DNA from: Glutamicibacter sp. | Lineage (GTDB): Bacteria > Actinomycetota > Actinomycetes > Actinomycetales > Micrococcaceae | Assembly: GCF_035257265.1 (NCBI RefSeq) | Contig: NZ_DATEXC010000058.1 | Coordinates: forward strand, 53,763 to 117,762 | Reading direction: 5' to 3' | Length of the DNA: 64,000 nt | Part shown: positions 1 to 9,816 of the stretch, piece by piece | How the letters are laid out: every line of letters begins with the position of its first letter | Position numbering within the stretch: position 1 is the stretch's first letter | Notes under the pieces: generated by a model | What the model was told of the DNA's origin: nothing | Seen by the model: only the letters and a program-made list of their open reading frames with translations | The model's database searches: none | Program-made: the position numbers and the translations under genes

Positions 1-190
1 GACCAAGAATCCCGAAATTTCGGGCGTAAGCAGCTTTTGCGCTGAGCCCCACCAGGGGCCAAATCGGCTTCGGCTGAGCCCTTAGGCTGGATTCCGTCGC
101 TTCGATCTGAGCGATTTTCATCCTCGCTTAAGAATTCGCTTGCTTATTTCAAAATTAGGCTTCGTAGAAGGAATCTCATCTGGACGGGTG

Positions 191-1078
191 CTACAAATAA
201 ATTGGGACTTCCGTCAGATATTCTCCAACGCTTCGTTGGTACTTCCTATACTCTCGGTCATCCCTTCCTTGAAGTACGACTAAGCTGATCTGATCAAACA
301 GCTCTGCAGCAGGATCGTTGAAGAAGTCCACCGCGTTCTTATTGCAGTTGCTATATCGGGACCCACCCAGGTAAATCGAGGTAATCGCCTCTCGCGGCGT
401 GAAACGTCCGCCACCCCTGGCACGACCTTCGATCGTTGCAATCCTTCCCTGAGCCCACCGTTCGTAGGCAGAAGCCAAACACTTATTCTGTTCCTGTTCA
501 ATGGAAAGCAGCGTCACAGAACCGTAATCGTGAAGCATAAGCCTATGCATGTAGCGTTCCTTTAGACCAGGCCAAGAGAAGGTCCCTTCGACCACGACAT
601 TTTCATGAGCTTCCAAACTTCTTGCGATCAAGCGATCCGCGAGAAGAACACTTTCATTATGAACAAGCGAAGATAATTCGTTGAGCATTATTGGATAGCC
701 ATCACGCAGGGTTCGTGCAAGCAAGTCATCAAAGGTGCCGAAGCCCACCTCGGCGGACAAAATTCTAAGCTTGATCTCATCAGGATCAATTACCCGCGAT
801 CCAGTTTCGGCTAAGTTGAGCTCACGGACTGCGGTTGATTTGCCGGCACCCGGTGGGCCAGCCGTGAATGTCACAGCAGCTGATCGGTCGTTCGCCACTT
901 CTGGCTGTCCCTCTTCAAAAAGTTCATCGAGCAGTTCTCTCTGAAAGCGCAGCCGTGAGTCCAAAATCGGCGCGTCTGGACGATAAGTAGCCCGCGGACC
1001 TGCACGGTGAAGTTCTGAACCCATCGATGTGAGTGTGTTTAGTTCTACTTCCACTTCACTCAAGTCAGCTGGATTCAT
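191..1078 (-). CDS. Zeta-toxin-family P-loop kinase (putative toxin)
   Basis: ORF track 191..1096 (301 aa). Walker A GPPGAGKST is followed by VIDPDE and VVVEGT motifs, in the order seen in zeta/PezT-type kinases. I prefer the internal ATG at 1078 (MNPADL...) because it overlaps the upstream stop codon as TAATG. Confidence 0.7.
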   Translation of the reverse strand: MNPADLSEVEVELNTLTSMGSELHRAGPRATYRPDAPILDSRLRFQRELLDELFEEGQPEVANDRSAAVTFTAGPPGAGKSTAVRELNLAETGSRVIDPDEIKLRILSAEVGFGTFDDLLARTLRDGYPIMLNELSSLVHNESVLLADRLIARSLEAHENVVVEGTFSWPGLKERYMHRLMLHDYGSVTLLSIEQEQNKCLASAYERWAQGRIATIEGRARGGGRFTPREAITSIYLGGSRYSNCNKNAVDFFNDPAAELFDQISLVVLQGRDDREYRKYQRSVGEYLTEVPIYL

Positions 1079-1509
1079 TAGTTGCTCTTTGGCCACACAG
1101 CATTTTTGATGGTCTGGTAGTCAGATCCATCGATCAAGTCCCTGTGAAAAGCGTCAGTCATGTCATCCCAGCTACCGAGGCTTACCTGGCCTTCTGGATT
1201 ATGAGGTTCTACGATTTCGGAGAACGTAAACGGCCAGCCGCTCAACTCCGTCATCATTTGTGCGTGGTCAATTTTCTCCGCGTGGAAATCGAGTATAACT
1301 TCACGTGGAGTTCTTCGGAGAAGGTCCGGTACGAGCTCTATTTTACGAAGAATTCTATGTACTTCGGGCTGCGAGATAAACAACCGATGTGCGATTTCGG
1401 TTTGAGTTAGCCCGTCGGCGCGCGCCTGCTCGCAAAGCCGAAGCTGTTCAAGCCGATTCAACTCGCGGACAGCGTAGTTATGGGACAGACGGCTTTGAAT
1501 GGTTTCCAC
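1078..1509 (-). CDS. HTH-domain protein, putative antitoxin/autoregulator paired with the zeta-like toxin
   Basis: 143-aa ORF with a GTG start preceded by GGAG. N-terminal helix-turn-helix (GLTQTEIAHRLFISQPEVHRILRK). I do not recognise the C-terminal ~80 aa. Its stop overlaps the toxin start. Confidence 0.6.
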   Translation of the reverse strand: METIQSRLSHNYAVRELNRLEQLRLCEQARADGLTQTEIAHRLFISQPEVHRILRKIELVPDLLRRTPREVILDFHAEKIDHAQMMTELSGWPFTFSEIVEPHNPEGQVSLGSWDDMTDAFHRDLIDGSDYQTIKNAVWPKSN

Positions 1510-1526
1510 GACGTCTCCAATCTACG

Positions 1527-1545
1527 TTTATACAGAATGTATAAA
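1527..1545 (-). promoter_or_regulatory. Perfect palindrome TTTATACA-GAA-TGTATAAA, candidate operator of the HTH/zeta operon
   Basis: 8-bp inverted repeat with a 3-nt spacer read directly from the sequence. It lies 18 nt upstream of the GTG at 1509 in an AT-rich stretch. Confidence 0.4.
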
Positions 1546-1673
1546 TCATATTACGCTCTTATCGTTCTCGCCGATAGAGGTCTTTTCACCACTGGGGAAA
1601 GTACGCAGATCAAAGTTGTACAAACGAGTTTGTTGGTCACACCAGGGCGGGATCTACCGCGTCATTTCGGGGA

Positions 1674-2618
1674 TTAAAATCGCGCGGTCGTATGTACCGC
1701 GAGATGATCCGAACCGGAGATCGGTGTGGCACCCGTTTGAGCGAATGTCACGTCCCGTCCGAGAATGTGATCTATCTCTATGACTGGGAACGGGAGCATT
1801 GTCCGGGGCCACGTCGCGAGAGGACGCAAGCCGCTTGCCTCGGTCAAACCTGCCACGGCATCTCGGTACAGTCGGTGGCCGCTAGTCGAGTTGAAATCAC
1901 CGGCAAGAATCATCGGAGATTCAGGATGCGCGTGAACCCACGTATCGATGGCCGACAAACCTTCGCGCCATTGCTGTGCATTTTTCAGTGGCGGGTAAAC
2001 GTGCACCCCGGCAAGCAGTACACGTTGCTGGGCCACTTCGACCTCAACGGTTGGCATGGCAAACCATCCGGTGTCGCGTTCACTAAGCCCCGAATCAATC
2101 TCAGTCATCGGGTTCTTGGAAAAGATCACGGTGTCACGCACTCCCCCAGCAGGCGCCGGCGCCGTCCTGAAATCCAGGCCTTCCAACGCACCAAGAGACG
2201 TCAAGTCCTGATGCAGTCTCTCGCTGGTCTCGACCAAGATCAAAAGGTCAGGTTGTTCGTCTTTGATCAGCGCGGCCAGTTCATTGCTGTTTGCTTCGGC
2301 GAGGTATGCGTTGAAGCTCAGCACACGTAGCTCAGCGCCCGTTTCGCTTGGCCCGGCTGGCGCTATGTGCACCTGCGGAATAAGGCCAATGAACAAGAGA
2401 ACCCCAATTGCTATCGCGGTCCTGCGTTTCCTCGTCAACAGCGTGAAAATCAAAGCCCCGAGAGGGACGAGCAACAGCCAACTGGCAAAGGCTTGAACCT
2501 TAGGAATGATTCCGCCGGCCAACCAAGGCACATACGGCAGGACGGCGATGAGCGCCGAGATGACGATCAGCAGAATCAAGAAAGTGTGCTTCTGTTGTTG
2601 CTGACCGTCTTTTCTCAT
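1674..2618 (-). CDS. Membrane-anchored endonuclease/exonuclease/phosphatase (EEP) family protein
   Basis: 314 aa. Three N-terminal hydrophobic segments are followed by an EEP-like core (LRVLSFNAY ... GDFNST ... SDHLAV). Confidence 0.75.
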   Translation of the reverse strand: MRKDGQQQQKHTFLILLIVISALIAVLPYVPWLAGGIIPKVQAFASWLLLVPLGALIFTLLTRKRRTAIAIGVLLFIGLIPQVHIAPAGPSETGAELRVLSFNAYLAEANSNELAALIKDEQPDLLILVETSERLHQDLTSLGALEGLDFRTAPAPAGGVRDTVIFSKNPMTEIDSGLSERDTGWFAMPTVEVEVAQQRVLLAGVHVYPPLKNAQQWREGLSAIDTWVHAHPESPMILAGDFNSTSGHRLYRDAVAGLTEASGLRPLATWPRTMLPFPVIEIDHILGRDVTFAQTGATPISGSDHLAVHTTARF

Positions 2619-2645
2619 ATGTCGACTTTATCGGTTCAACATCGG

Positions 2646-3155
2646 TTACCCCTGTTGTTCAGCAGCCCACCGCGCAACGCGTTCCTTGCTCTCATCCTCG
2701 GAAAGGTCTATCACTCTGCTCAAAAGTGACCAGCGCACCCCGAAAGGATCAATAATTGACGCGAAACGGTCCCCGGAGACGAAGGTGCCCGCTGGCTCTC
2801 GCACGGTGGCACCGGCTGCTTGCGCCCGAGCTACTAGTTCATCAACGTTCGAGCAATACAGCGCCATGGAGTAACAGGCGCTCGGCGGCTCGGGTGGCGC
2901 CACCAGACCGTAATCCGGGCTCGGCTCCCCCAGCTGAAGTTTTCCATTGCCAAAATCGAGTTCAGCGTGCACCATCACACCGCCAATCTCGGTGCAGTCC
3001 ACAATCCGCGCACCCAGAACATCTCGATAAAACTCAACTGCATTCGCCGCGTTCTTGATGGCCAAGAAAGGCGTCAACGAAGTCGAACCGAGCGGAATCC
3101 CGTCGGTCGTGTATGCGCCGGTGACTCCGGTGGTATTTTCCTCTTGATTTTCCAT
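2646..3155 (-). CDS. VOC/glyoxalase-family protein (PhnB-like)
   Basis: 169 aa with a glyoxalase-fold pattern (AVEFYRDVLGA ... HAELDFGNGKLQLGE ... DPFGVRW). It lies 27 nt upstream of the EEP gene on the same strand. Confidence 0.8.
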   Translation of the reverse strand: MENQEENTTGVTGAYTTDGIPLGSTSLTPFLAIKNAANAVEFYRDVLGARIVDCTEIGGVMVHAELDFGNGKLQLGEPSPDYGLVAPPEPPSACYSMALYCSNVDELVARAQAAGATVREPAGTFVSGDRFASIIDPFGVRWSLLSRVIDLSEDESKERVARWAAEQQG

Positions 3156-3225
3156 ATCTTCACTCTAGGTTGCTGTGGCACCCTTGGACTTGTAGATTCA
3201 CGCCAACTTTGAAAGGTCGTCACCG

Positions 3226-4017
3226 GTGGACAGCACGGCTGATCGTCGAGGCGTTTTGTATCCTGCTAGATTGCCAGAGTTCCAACGCATTCTCGCCCCA
3301 CAGCATTTGCGCGAGAGGGTGGGTTGGTTCTGGATGGCCCGCTGGGATATCGCGCCGGGCCGTACCTCACGCCAAGAGTTACTTGCCTTCCCCTGCATGA
3401 ACCTAGTTATCCAATCGACGGGTGTCACCGTCTCCGGAGTTTCTACCGGGGCATCTCATCGAGATTTGAGCGGTAGCGGATGGGTGCTGGCGGCGTTGCT
3501 GTTACCTGCCTCCGCCCGGAGCTTCGGTTTTGAACCACGCACGGTCTTAGGCCGTGAAGTAACGCTTGCCGCTGAAGGGTTATTAGAACCGGTACGCCAT
3601 TTGATGGACGCGTCCGCTACGCAGGAACAACTAAACTCAGCTGTTGACTTGCTCGCAGGATGGATTGAGCAAAAGGTGACAATCACAGACCAACATGGGT
3701 TGATCGCCAATAAAATGTTGGCCTTGGTCGCAGAGAGACGGGATATCGTCAACGTGATTCAACTGGCAGACGCACTAGGTCTGTCGATACGCAGCCTGCA
3801 GCGGCTCTGCGCTGAGTATGTCGGGCTTAGCCCGCTGACCGTTATCCGCAGATACCGGTTGCAAGAGGCAGCACAGCGACTGCGTGAAAACCCAGAAATA
3901 TCCATCACGCAGATCGCGGCAGAGCTCGAATATGCGGATCATGCGCACCTGACTAAAGATTTCCGGCAAGTACTCGGATTCACTCCCAGCGCCTATCGAG
4001 CGGGGTCTTTGGACTAG
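3226..4017 (+). CDS. AraC-family transcriptional regulator
   Basis: 263 aa with a GTG start. The C-terminal AraC double HTH is present (SIRSLQRLCAEYVGLSPLTVIRRYRLQEAAQRL ... ITQIAAELEYADHAHLTKDFRQVLGFTPSAYR). It is divergent from the VOC gene across a 70-bp spacer. Confidence 0.85.
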   Translation: MDSTADRRGVLYPARLPEFQRILAPQHLRERVGWFWMARWDIAPGRTSRQELLAFPCMNLVIQSTGVTVSGVSTGASHRDLSGSGWVLAALLLPASARSFGFEPRTVLGREVTLAAEGLLEPVRHLMDASATQEQLNSAVDLLAGWIEQKVTITDQHGLIANKMLALVAERRDIVNVIQLADALGLSIRSLQRLCAEYVGLSPLTVIRRYRLQEAAQRLRENPEISITQIAAELEYADHAHLTKDFRQVLGFTPSAYRAGSLD

Positions 4018-4490
4018 ACCCCATCAACCCCACCGGACTAATCGAAACATGCCGCGACCGCGCTGATTTCGATCAAGGCTGAAAGGAGGCTCGCCGTGGC
4101 AACTGGTGGATTTGGTGAAGCCAATTTGATGGCGATGGCTCCATAAGCCTGCGAAATATCGACACCGTCAACTTGCGGAAGATTCCGCGAATTCACCTTG
4201 CTCAAATCAACCCCGGCAGCGTTCAGAGCTACTTGTGCGCGTCGCAGCGCGCTGACTTTGGGCTGTCATTGTTTCCTTGGAAGCTATCGGGATGCTCACG
4301 CGAACGTCTACGGTGAAGGGCCGGAAGATTTGTGCCGCTGCTCCCATCATGGAAACCCTGGATAACTTTGCCTTGCGGGCCGGGCAGCGGGTACGTGGAA
4401 GATTTACGCCACCGCCTGCGGAACGTTCAAGACCAGGACAACTCGTATTTAGCTTTCGCCCGCCGAAAAGTTCACACTTCCGGACATAGA

Positions 4491-4534
4491 AAAACGCCCC
4501 GAACTCTTCTTGCGAAGTGTTCGGGGCGTTTTCA
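4491..4534 (-). terminator. Rho-independent terminator closing the S10 operon
   Basis: Hairpin AACGCCCCGAAC..GTTCGGGGCGTT with an inner CTTC/GAAG extension. A T-run follows on the minus strand (CGTTTTTCT). Confidence 0.8.
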
Positions 4535-4569
4535 GTTATTCACGTAATCCGTGAAATCACTAAGAAAGC

Positions 4570-4857
4570 TTACTTAGCCTTCTCAACGATCTCAACGAGA
4601 CGCCAGTTCTTGTCTGCTGACAATGGGCGAGTCTCTGCGATTACAACCAAGTCGCCAATGCCGGCTTCGTTGTTCTCGTCGTGAGCCTTCACGTTCTTGT
4701 TGCGACGCATGACCTTGCCGTAAAGGGCGTGCTTAACACGGTCCTCAACGTCAACGACGATGGTCTTCTGCATTTTGTCGGAAACCACGTAACCACGGAG
4801 GGTCTTGCGGTCGTTGCGCTCTACAGCTGCATCCACGGCGTTATCCTTCTCGCTCAT
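4570..4857 (-). CDS. rpsQ: 30S ribosomal protein S17
   Basis: 95 aa ([19 protein letters not shown]...). It is the last gene of the S10 operon, and its start overlaps the rpmC stop as TAATG. Confidence 0.97.
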   Translation of the reverse strand: MSEKDNAVDAAVERNDRKTLRGYVVSDKMQKTIVVDVEDRVKHALYGKVMRRNKNVKAHDENNEAGIGDLVVIAETRPLSADKNWRLVEIVEKAK

Positions 4858-5126
4858 TACTTGGCTTCCTTGCCCTTCTTGGTCTCTTCAACCGGGACAA
4901 CGACTTCCTGACGAAGACCCAGTTCACGCTCACGCATTACAGTGTAAATGCGTGCGATATCGCGCTTGATGGACTTCAGGTTGCCGTGAGTCTCTAGCTG
5001 GCCGGTAGCCGACTGGAAACGCAGGTTGAACAGTTCTGCCTTGGCCTTCTTCAATTCCTCGTTCAAACGAGCATTATCGAAGCCGTCCAGGGACTCGACG
5101 CTTAGATCCTTAGAACCAATAGCCAT
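4857..5126 (-). CDS. rpmC: 50S ribosomal protein L29
   Basis: 89 aa ([25 protein letters not shown]). It sits in the expected position between rplP and rpsQ. Confidence 0.95.
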   Translation of the reverse strand: MAIGSKDLSVESLDGFDNARLNEELKKAKAELFNLRFQSATGQLETHGNLKSIKRDIARIYTVMRERELGLRQEVVVPVEETKKGKEAK

Positions 5127-5128
5127 CC

Positions 5129-5545
5129 CTATTCACCACCCTCACGACGCACGATACGTGCCTTCAATGGCAGCTTGTGGATTGCTAGGCGCAATGCCTC
5201 TTTAGCTACCTCTTCTGAGACGCCATCAAGTTCAAACAAGATGCGTCCTGGCTTTACGTTGGCAACCCACCACTCCGGGGAACCCTTACCGGAACCCATG
5301 CGGGTTTCGGCTGGCTTCTTCGTCAGTGGACGGTCTGGGTAAATATTGATCCAGACCTTACCGCCACGCTTGATGTGACGGGTCATCGCGATACGAGCTG
5401 CCTCGATCTGACGGTTGGTCACGTAAGCAGGAGTAAGAGCCTGAATGCCGTATTCACCGAATGAAACAGTGGTTCCGCCCTTGGCAGCGCCGGAGCGCTT
5501 TGGGTGGTGCTGCTTACGGAACTTTACTCGACGTGGGATAAGCAT
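5129..5545 (-). CDS. rplP: 50S ribosomal protein L16
   Basis: 138 aa ([15 protein letters not shown]...). Confidence 0.98.
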   Translation of the reverse strand: MLIPRRVKFRKQHHPKRSGAAKGGTTVSFGEYGIQALTPAYVTNRQIEAARIAMTRHIKRGGKVWINIYPDRPLTKKPAETRMGSGKGSPEWWVANVKPGRILFELDGVSEEVAKEALRLAIHKLPLKARIVRREGGE

Positions 5546-6337
5546 TTAAGCCTGTCCTCCTTCCGCAGCCGGAGCTGCAGCGCCCTTGCTACGTTCTGGA
5601 CGACGACGACGCTCGCCACCACGTGGGCGATCGTTGCCAGCGCCACCACGGCCACCGCGAGCAGGAGCTGCTGCGGCCTGCTGTGCAGCAAGTTCCTTGG
5701 CGGTTACGTCACCCTTGTAGATCCAGACCTTCACGCCGATACGGCCGAAGGTGGTCTTGGCTTCGAACTTGCCGAAGTCGATGTTCGCACGCAGGGTGTG
5801 CAGCGGCACACGGCCTTCGCGGTAGAACTCCTTGCGGGACATTTCTGCACCGCCAAGTCGACCGGAGCACTGAACGCGGATGCCCTTGGCACCAGCGCGC
5901 ATTGCCGACTGCATTGCCTTCTTCATCGCGCGGCGGAAAGCCACACGTGAAGCAAGCTGCTCGGCGATGCCCTGGGCGACCAACTGGGCCTCCATGTCAG
6001 GGTTCTTGACCTCGAGGATGTTCAGCTGAACCTGCTTAGCCGTCATCTTCTCCAGTGCGCCACGGATGCGATCTGCTTCGGCGCCGCGGCGACCGATAAC
6101 GATGCCCGGACGTGCGGTGTGGATATCCACACGAACACGGTCACGAGTACGCTCGATCTCTACGCGGGCAATGCCTGCACGATCCATTCCGGTAGACAGC
6201 AATGCGCGGATTTTTACGTCTTCTTTTACGTAATCTGCGTAGCGCTGTCCTGGCTTGCTGCTATCGGCGAACCAGTGCGAAACGTGGTCAGTGGTGATGC
6301 CGAGACGGAAACCGTTCGGGTTTACCTTCTGTCCCAT
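5546..6337 (-). CDS. rpsC: 30S ribosomal protein S3
   Basis: 263 aa ([18 protein letters not shown]...) with an Arg/Gly/Ala-rich C-terminal tail. Confidence 0.98.
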   Translation of the reverse strand: MGQKVNPNGFRLGITTDHVSHWFADSSKPGQRYADYVKEDVKIRALLSTGMDRAGIARVEIERTRDRVRVDIHTARPGIVIGRRGAEADRIRGALEKMTAKQVQLNILEVKNPDMEAQLVAQGIAEQLASRVAFRRAMKKAMQSAMRAGAKGIRVQCSGRLGGAEMSRKEFYREGRVPLHTLRANIDFGKFEAKTTFGRIGVKVWIYKGDVTAKELAAQQAAAAPARGGRGGAGNDRPRGGERRRRPERSKGAAAPAAEGGQA

Positions 6338-6703
6338 TTAGTTCTCCCCACCCTTCTCCGGGGTTGAAACAACCACGGTGACGTGGCTGGTGCGCTTCTT
6401 GATCTGGAATGCGCGACCCTGAGCTCGCGGCTGGAACCGCTTCATGGTCGGTCCCTCGTCAACAAACGCTTCGCTGATGATCAGCTCGTCCTCATTGAAT
6501 GCTTCACCTGCGCGGTCCGCGGCGGCACGGGCGTTAGCCACTGCCGATGCGACAACCTTGTACACTGGCTCCGAAGCTGCCTGTGGGGCAAACTTCAAGA
6601 TAGCCAGCGCTTCGTTCGTCTGTAGACCACGAACAAGGTTGACGACGCGCCGGGCCTTCATAGGCGTCACGCGGATATGGCGCGCAATTGCCTTGGCTTC
6701 CAT
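6338..6703 (-). CDS. rplV: 50S ribosomal protein L22
   Basis: The ORF track extends to 6742. I prefer the ATG at 6703 ([20 protein letters not shown]...), which has an AGAAGGAAAG Shine-Dalgarno sequence. Confidence 0.95.
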   Translation of the reverse strand: MEAKAIARHIRVTPMKARRVVNLVRGLQTNEALAILKFAPQAASEPVYKVVASAVANARAAADRAGEAFNEDELIISEAFVDEGPTMKRFQPRAQGRAFQIKKRTSHVTVVVSTPEKGGEN

Positions 6704-6762
6704 TGCTTTCCTTCTCTCGTCTTTCGAAGAAGTGCTAAGCATCTCTAGATCCCTTGCGGGAC

Positions 6763-7044
6763 CTAGCGACGCTTGCCCTTCTTGTCGTCCTTCACGTGGC
6801 CACGGAACGTGCGGGTCAATGCAAACTCTCCGAGCTTGTGACCGACCATTGATTCGGTAACAAACACAGGAATGTGCTTACGACCGTCGTGCACGGCGAT
6901 GGTGTGTCCCAGCATGTCCGGGATGATCATCGAACGGCGGGACCACGTCTTGATGACGTTCTTGGTGCCCTTTTCGTTCTCAGCTTCGACCTTTAGGAAG
7001 AGGTGCTGATCGACGAAGGGGCCTTTCTTCAGGCTGCGTGGCAT
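6763..7044 (-). CDS. rpsS: 30S ribosomal protein S19
   Basis: 93 aa ([12 protein letters not shown]...). Confidence 0.98.
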   Translation of the reverse strand: MPRSLKKGPFVDQHLFLKVEAENEKGTKNVIKTWSRRSMIIPDMLGHTIAVHDGRKHIPVFVTESMVGHKLGEFALTRTFRGHVKDDKKGKRR

Positions 7045-7056
7045 GTTTCCAGGCTC

Positions 7057-7896
7057 CTATCGCTTGTTCTTGCCGGTCTTGCGACGACGCACAATGAGCT
7101 TGTCGCTTTCCTTATTTGGACGACGAGTACGACCCTCGCGCTTACCGTTCGGGTTGACTGGGTGACGTCCACCGGACGTCTTACCCTCGCCACCACCGTG
7201 CGGGTGATCAATTGGGTTCATGGCAACGCCACGCACGGTTGGGCGAACGCCCTTCCAGCGCATACGGCCAGCCTTACCCCAGTTGATGTTGATCTGCTCA
7301 GCGTTACCAACTTCGCCGATGGTTGCGCGGCAGCGCACATCAACGTTGCGGATTTCGCCCGATGGCAGACGCAACTGCGCGAAGCGGCCTTCACGAGCTA
7401 CCAGCTGGATCGATGAGCCAGCGGAGCGAGCCATTTTGGCGCCACCGCCTGGGCGCAACTCGACAGCGTGGATAACTGAACCAACAGGGATGTTACGAAG
7501 CGGCAGGTTGTTACCTGGCTTGATATCCGCTGCTGGGCCGGCCTCGACCTTGTCGCCCTGCTTGAGGTTGTTCGGTGCCACGATGTAGCGCTTGGTTCCA
7601 TCAATGTAGTGGAGCAAAGCGATACGTGCGGTGCGGTTCGGATCGTACTCGATGTGAGCAACGGTTGCCGGAACGCCATCTTTGTCATGACGACGGAAGT
7701 CGATGACGCGGTAGGCACGCTTGTGTCCGCCACCCTTGTGCCGGGTGGTGATCTTACCGGAGTTGTTACGGCCGCCAGTCTTGGTGAGTGGACGAACCAG
7801 TGACTTTTCCGGAGTCGATCGGGTGATTTCTGCGAAGTCAGCTACCGACGAGCCGCGAAGACCCGGGGTAGTTGGCTTGTACTTACGAATTCCCAT
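7057..7896 (-). CDS. rplB: 50S ribosomal protein L2
   Basis: 279 aa ([15 protein letters not shown]...). Confidence 0.98.
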   Translation of the reverse strand: MGIRKYKPTTPGLRGSSVADFAEITRSTPEKSLVRPLTKTGGRNNSGKITTRHKGGGHKRAYRVIDFRRHDKDGVPATVAHIEYDPNRTARIALLHYIDGTKRYIVAPNNLKQGDKVEAGPAADIKPGNNLPLRNIPVGSVIHAVELRPGGGAKMARSAGSSIQLVAREGRFAQLRLPSGEIRNVDVRCRATIGEVGNAEQININWGKAGRMRWKGVRPTVRGVAMNPIDHPHGGGEGKTSGGRHPVNPNGKREGRTRRPNKESDKLIVRRRKTGKNKR

Positions 7897-7927
7897 TATT
7901 TAAATTCCTCGTTAAAGTGGTCTCCGC

Positions 7928-8230
7928 TTAGGAAAGCGGACCGCCGAAGATGTCAATCGATCCTTCTTTCAAAGTGATGATTGCACGCTTGGTATCCTTG
8001 CGTGCACCCCACCCGAATTTGGTGCGCTTGCGCTTACCGGTTCGATTCATGGTGTTTACGGACTCAACCTTGACGTTGAAGATAGCTTCAACGGCATTCT
8101 TGATTTCCGCTTTGTTTGAACGTGGGTCAACCAAGAAGGTGTACTGACCTTCATCGATTAGGCCGTAGCTCTTTTCCGATACGACTGGTGCGATGACCAC
8201 GTCGTGCGGAGCCTTTGAGAAGATGCTCAT
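7928..8230 (-). CDS. rplW: 50S ribosomal protein L23
   Basis: 100 aa, in the expected operon position; its start overlaps the rplD stop as TAATG. Confidence 0.95.
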   Translation of the reverse strand: MSIFSKAPHDVVIAPVVSEKSYGLIDEGQYTFLVDPRSNKAEIKNAVEAIFNVKVESVNTMNRTGKRKRTKFGWGARKDTKRAIITLKEGSIDIFGGPLS

Positions 8231-8832
8231 TACTTGGCTTCCTCCTTCTGGACCAGTGCTTCGAAGGCAGCCTTGGTGAAGACTACGTCATCCGAAACCA
8301 GAACATCGTAGGTGTTCAACTGGTCGACGTATAGAACGTGCACAGAATCAAGGTTGCGTACCGAAAGGGCAGCAACATCGTTTGCGCGGTCAATGACGAC
8401 GAGCAGGTTCTTACGTTCGGTCAGCGAACGCAAGGTAGCCAGAGCTTCCTTGGTCGATGGCGTTTCGCCAGAAACCAGGTTCTCGATCACGTGAACACGA
8501 TCGAAGCGTGCACGATCAGACAAAGCGCCGCGCAGTGCAGCAGCCTTCATCTTCTTCGGGGTACGCTGCGAGTAATCGCGTGGGGTTGGACCGTGGACAA
8601 TGCCACCGCCGGTCATGTGTGGAGCACGGATCGAACCCTGACGGGCGCGGCCGGTACCCTTCTGCTTGAACGGCTTGCGACCGGCGCCGGAAACTTCCGA
8701 GCGGTCCTTGGTCTTGTGGGTACCCTGACGGGCAGCAGCCAACTGTGCAACAACAACCTGGTGCAGCAGTGGGACGTTGGTCTGTACGGCGAAGATGCTC
8801 TCTGGCAGTTCGACGTTAAGTGCCTTAGTCAT
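8230..8832 (-). CDS. rplD: 50S ribosomal protein L4
   Basis: 200 aa ([31 protein letters not shown]). Confidence 0.96.
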   Translation of the reverse strand: MTKALNVELPESIFAVQTNVPLLHQVVVAQLAAARQGTHKTKDRSEVSGAGRKPFKQKGTGRARQGSIRAPHMTGGGIVHGPTPRDYSQRTPKKMKAAALRGALSDRARFDRVHVIENLVSGETPSTKEALATLRSLTERKNLLVVIDRANDVAALSVRNLDSVHVLYVDQLNTYDVLVSDDVVFTKAAFEALVQKEEAK

Positions 8833-8836
8833 TTAC

Positions 8837-9487
8837 TTATGCTCCCTTCACGGCGGTGCGTACGAGAACGACGCGACCGCGGGCGCCTGGAACGGCACCC
8901 TTGATCAGCAGGAGGTTCTTCTCAGCGTCGATAGCGTGAATGGTCAGGTTCTGAGTGGTTACGCGCTCAGCACCCATACGACCAGCCATCTTCTGTCCAC
9001 GGAAAACGCGACCTGGGGTCGATGCGCCGCCGATGGAACCTGGCTTACGGTGGTTCTTGTGAGCACCGTGGGATGCAGGAGCACCGTGGAATCCGTGGCG
9101 CTTCATAACGCCAGCGAAACCCTTACCCTTCGAGGTGCCAACAACATCGACCTTCTGGCCAGCGTTGAACAGCTCTACGGATAGTTCCTGTCCTGCGGTG
9201 TACTCTGCGACGTCTTCGGTACGCAGTTCCACCAGGTGTCGACGTGGGGTCACGCCGGCAGCTTCAAAGTGACCAGCCAGTGGCTTGGTGACCTTGCGTG
9301 GGTCGATCTGGCCGTAGCCGATCTGAACTGCGGTGTAGCCGTCACGTTCTGCATTAACTAGCTTGGTGACAACGTTGCTGTCAGCCTGCACGACGGTGAC
9401 TGGGATCAGAATGTTGTTTTCATCCCAAACCTGGGTCATGCCGAGCTTCGTGCCCAGCAGGCCCTTTACATTGCGGGTTGCGGTCAT
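8837..9487 (-). CDS. rplC: 50S ribosomal protein L3
   Basis: 216 aa ([16 protein letters not shown]...). Confidence 0.97.
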   Translation of the reverse strand: MTATRNVKGLLGTKLGMTQVWDENNILIPVTVVQADSNVVTKLVNAERDGYTAVQIGYGQIDPRKVTKPLAGHFEAAGVTPRRHLVELRTEDVAEYTAGQELSVELFNAGQKVDVVGTSKGKGFAGVMKRHGFHGAPASHGAHKNHRKPGSIGGASTPGRVFRGQKMAGRMGAERVTTQNLTIHAIDAEKNLLLIKGAVPGARGRVVLVRTAVKGA

Positions 9488-9507
9488 AGTTTTCTCGCCA
9501 CCTCCCC

Positions 9508-9816
9508 TTAAAGCTTGATTTCGATGTTGACATCCGCTGGCAGATCGAGACGCATCAGCGAATCTACGGCCTTCGGGGTCGGATCAACAATGTCGATCAG
9601 ACGCTTGTGCGTGCGCATTTCGAAGTGCTCACGGCTGTCTTTGTACTTGTGTGGCGAACGGATAACGCAGTACACGTTCTTTTCCGTTGGCAGCGGCACT
9701 GGGCCGACTACGGTTGCGCCTGCGCGCGTGACCGTCTCAACGATCTTCCGAGCAGAAACGTCAATGACCTCGTGGTCATACGACTTCAGCCGGATGCGGA
9801 TTTTCTGTCCCGCCAT
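9508..9816 (-). CDS. rpsJ: 30S ribosomal protein S10
   Basis: The ORF track extends to 9888. The canonical start [15 protein letters not shown] is at 9816, with GGAAGAGG upstream. Confidence 0.97.
   Translation of the reverse strand: MAGQKIRIRLKSYDHEVIDVSARKIVETVTRAGATVVGPVPLPTEKNVYCVIRSPHKYKDSREHFEMRTHKRLIDIVDPTPKAVDSLMRLDLPADVNIEIKL

Noticed and set aside
1-121. Possible 5' end of a minus-strand gene (ATG at 121, MKIAQIEATESSLRAQPKPIWPLVGLSAKAAYARNFGILG...) running off the left edge
   Set aside because: Only 40 codons are visible, the Shine-Dalgarno spacing is poor, and the sequence is not recognisable. It cannot be supported as a feature.
6704-6742. N-terminal extensions suggested by the ORF track for rplV (also rpsJ 9817..9888, ygfZ 41507..41596, murB 52620..52676, Nudix gene 47082..47210, GNAT gene 48261..48293)
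   Set aside because: Canonical N-termini with better Shine-Dalgarno context, or without overlap into the preceding gene, lie at internal start codons. The longer forms are simply the longest-ORF convention.
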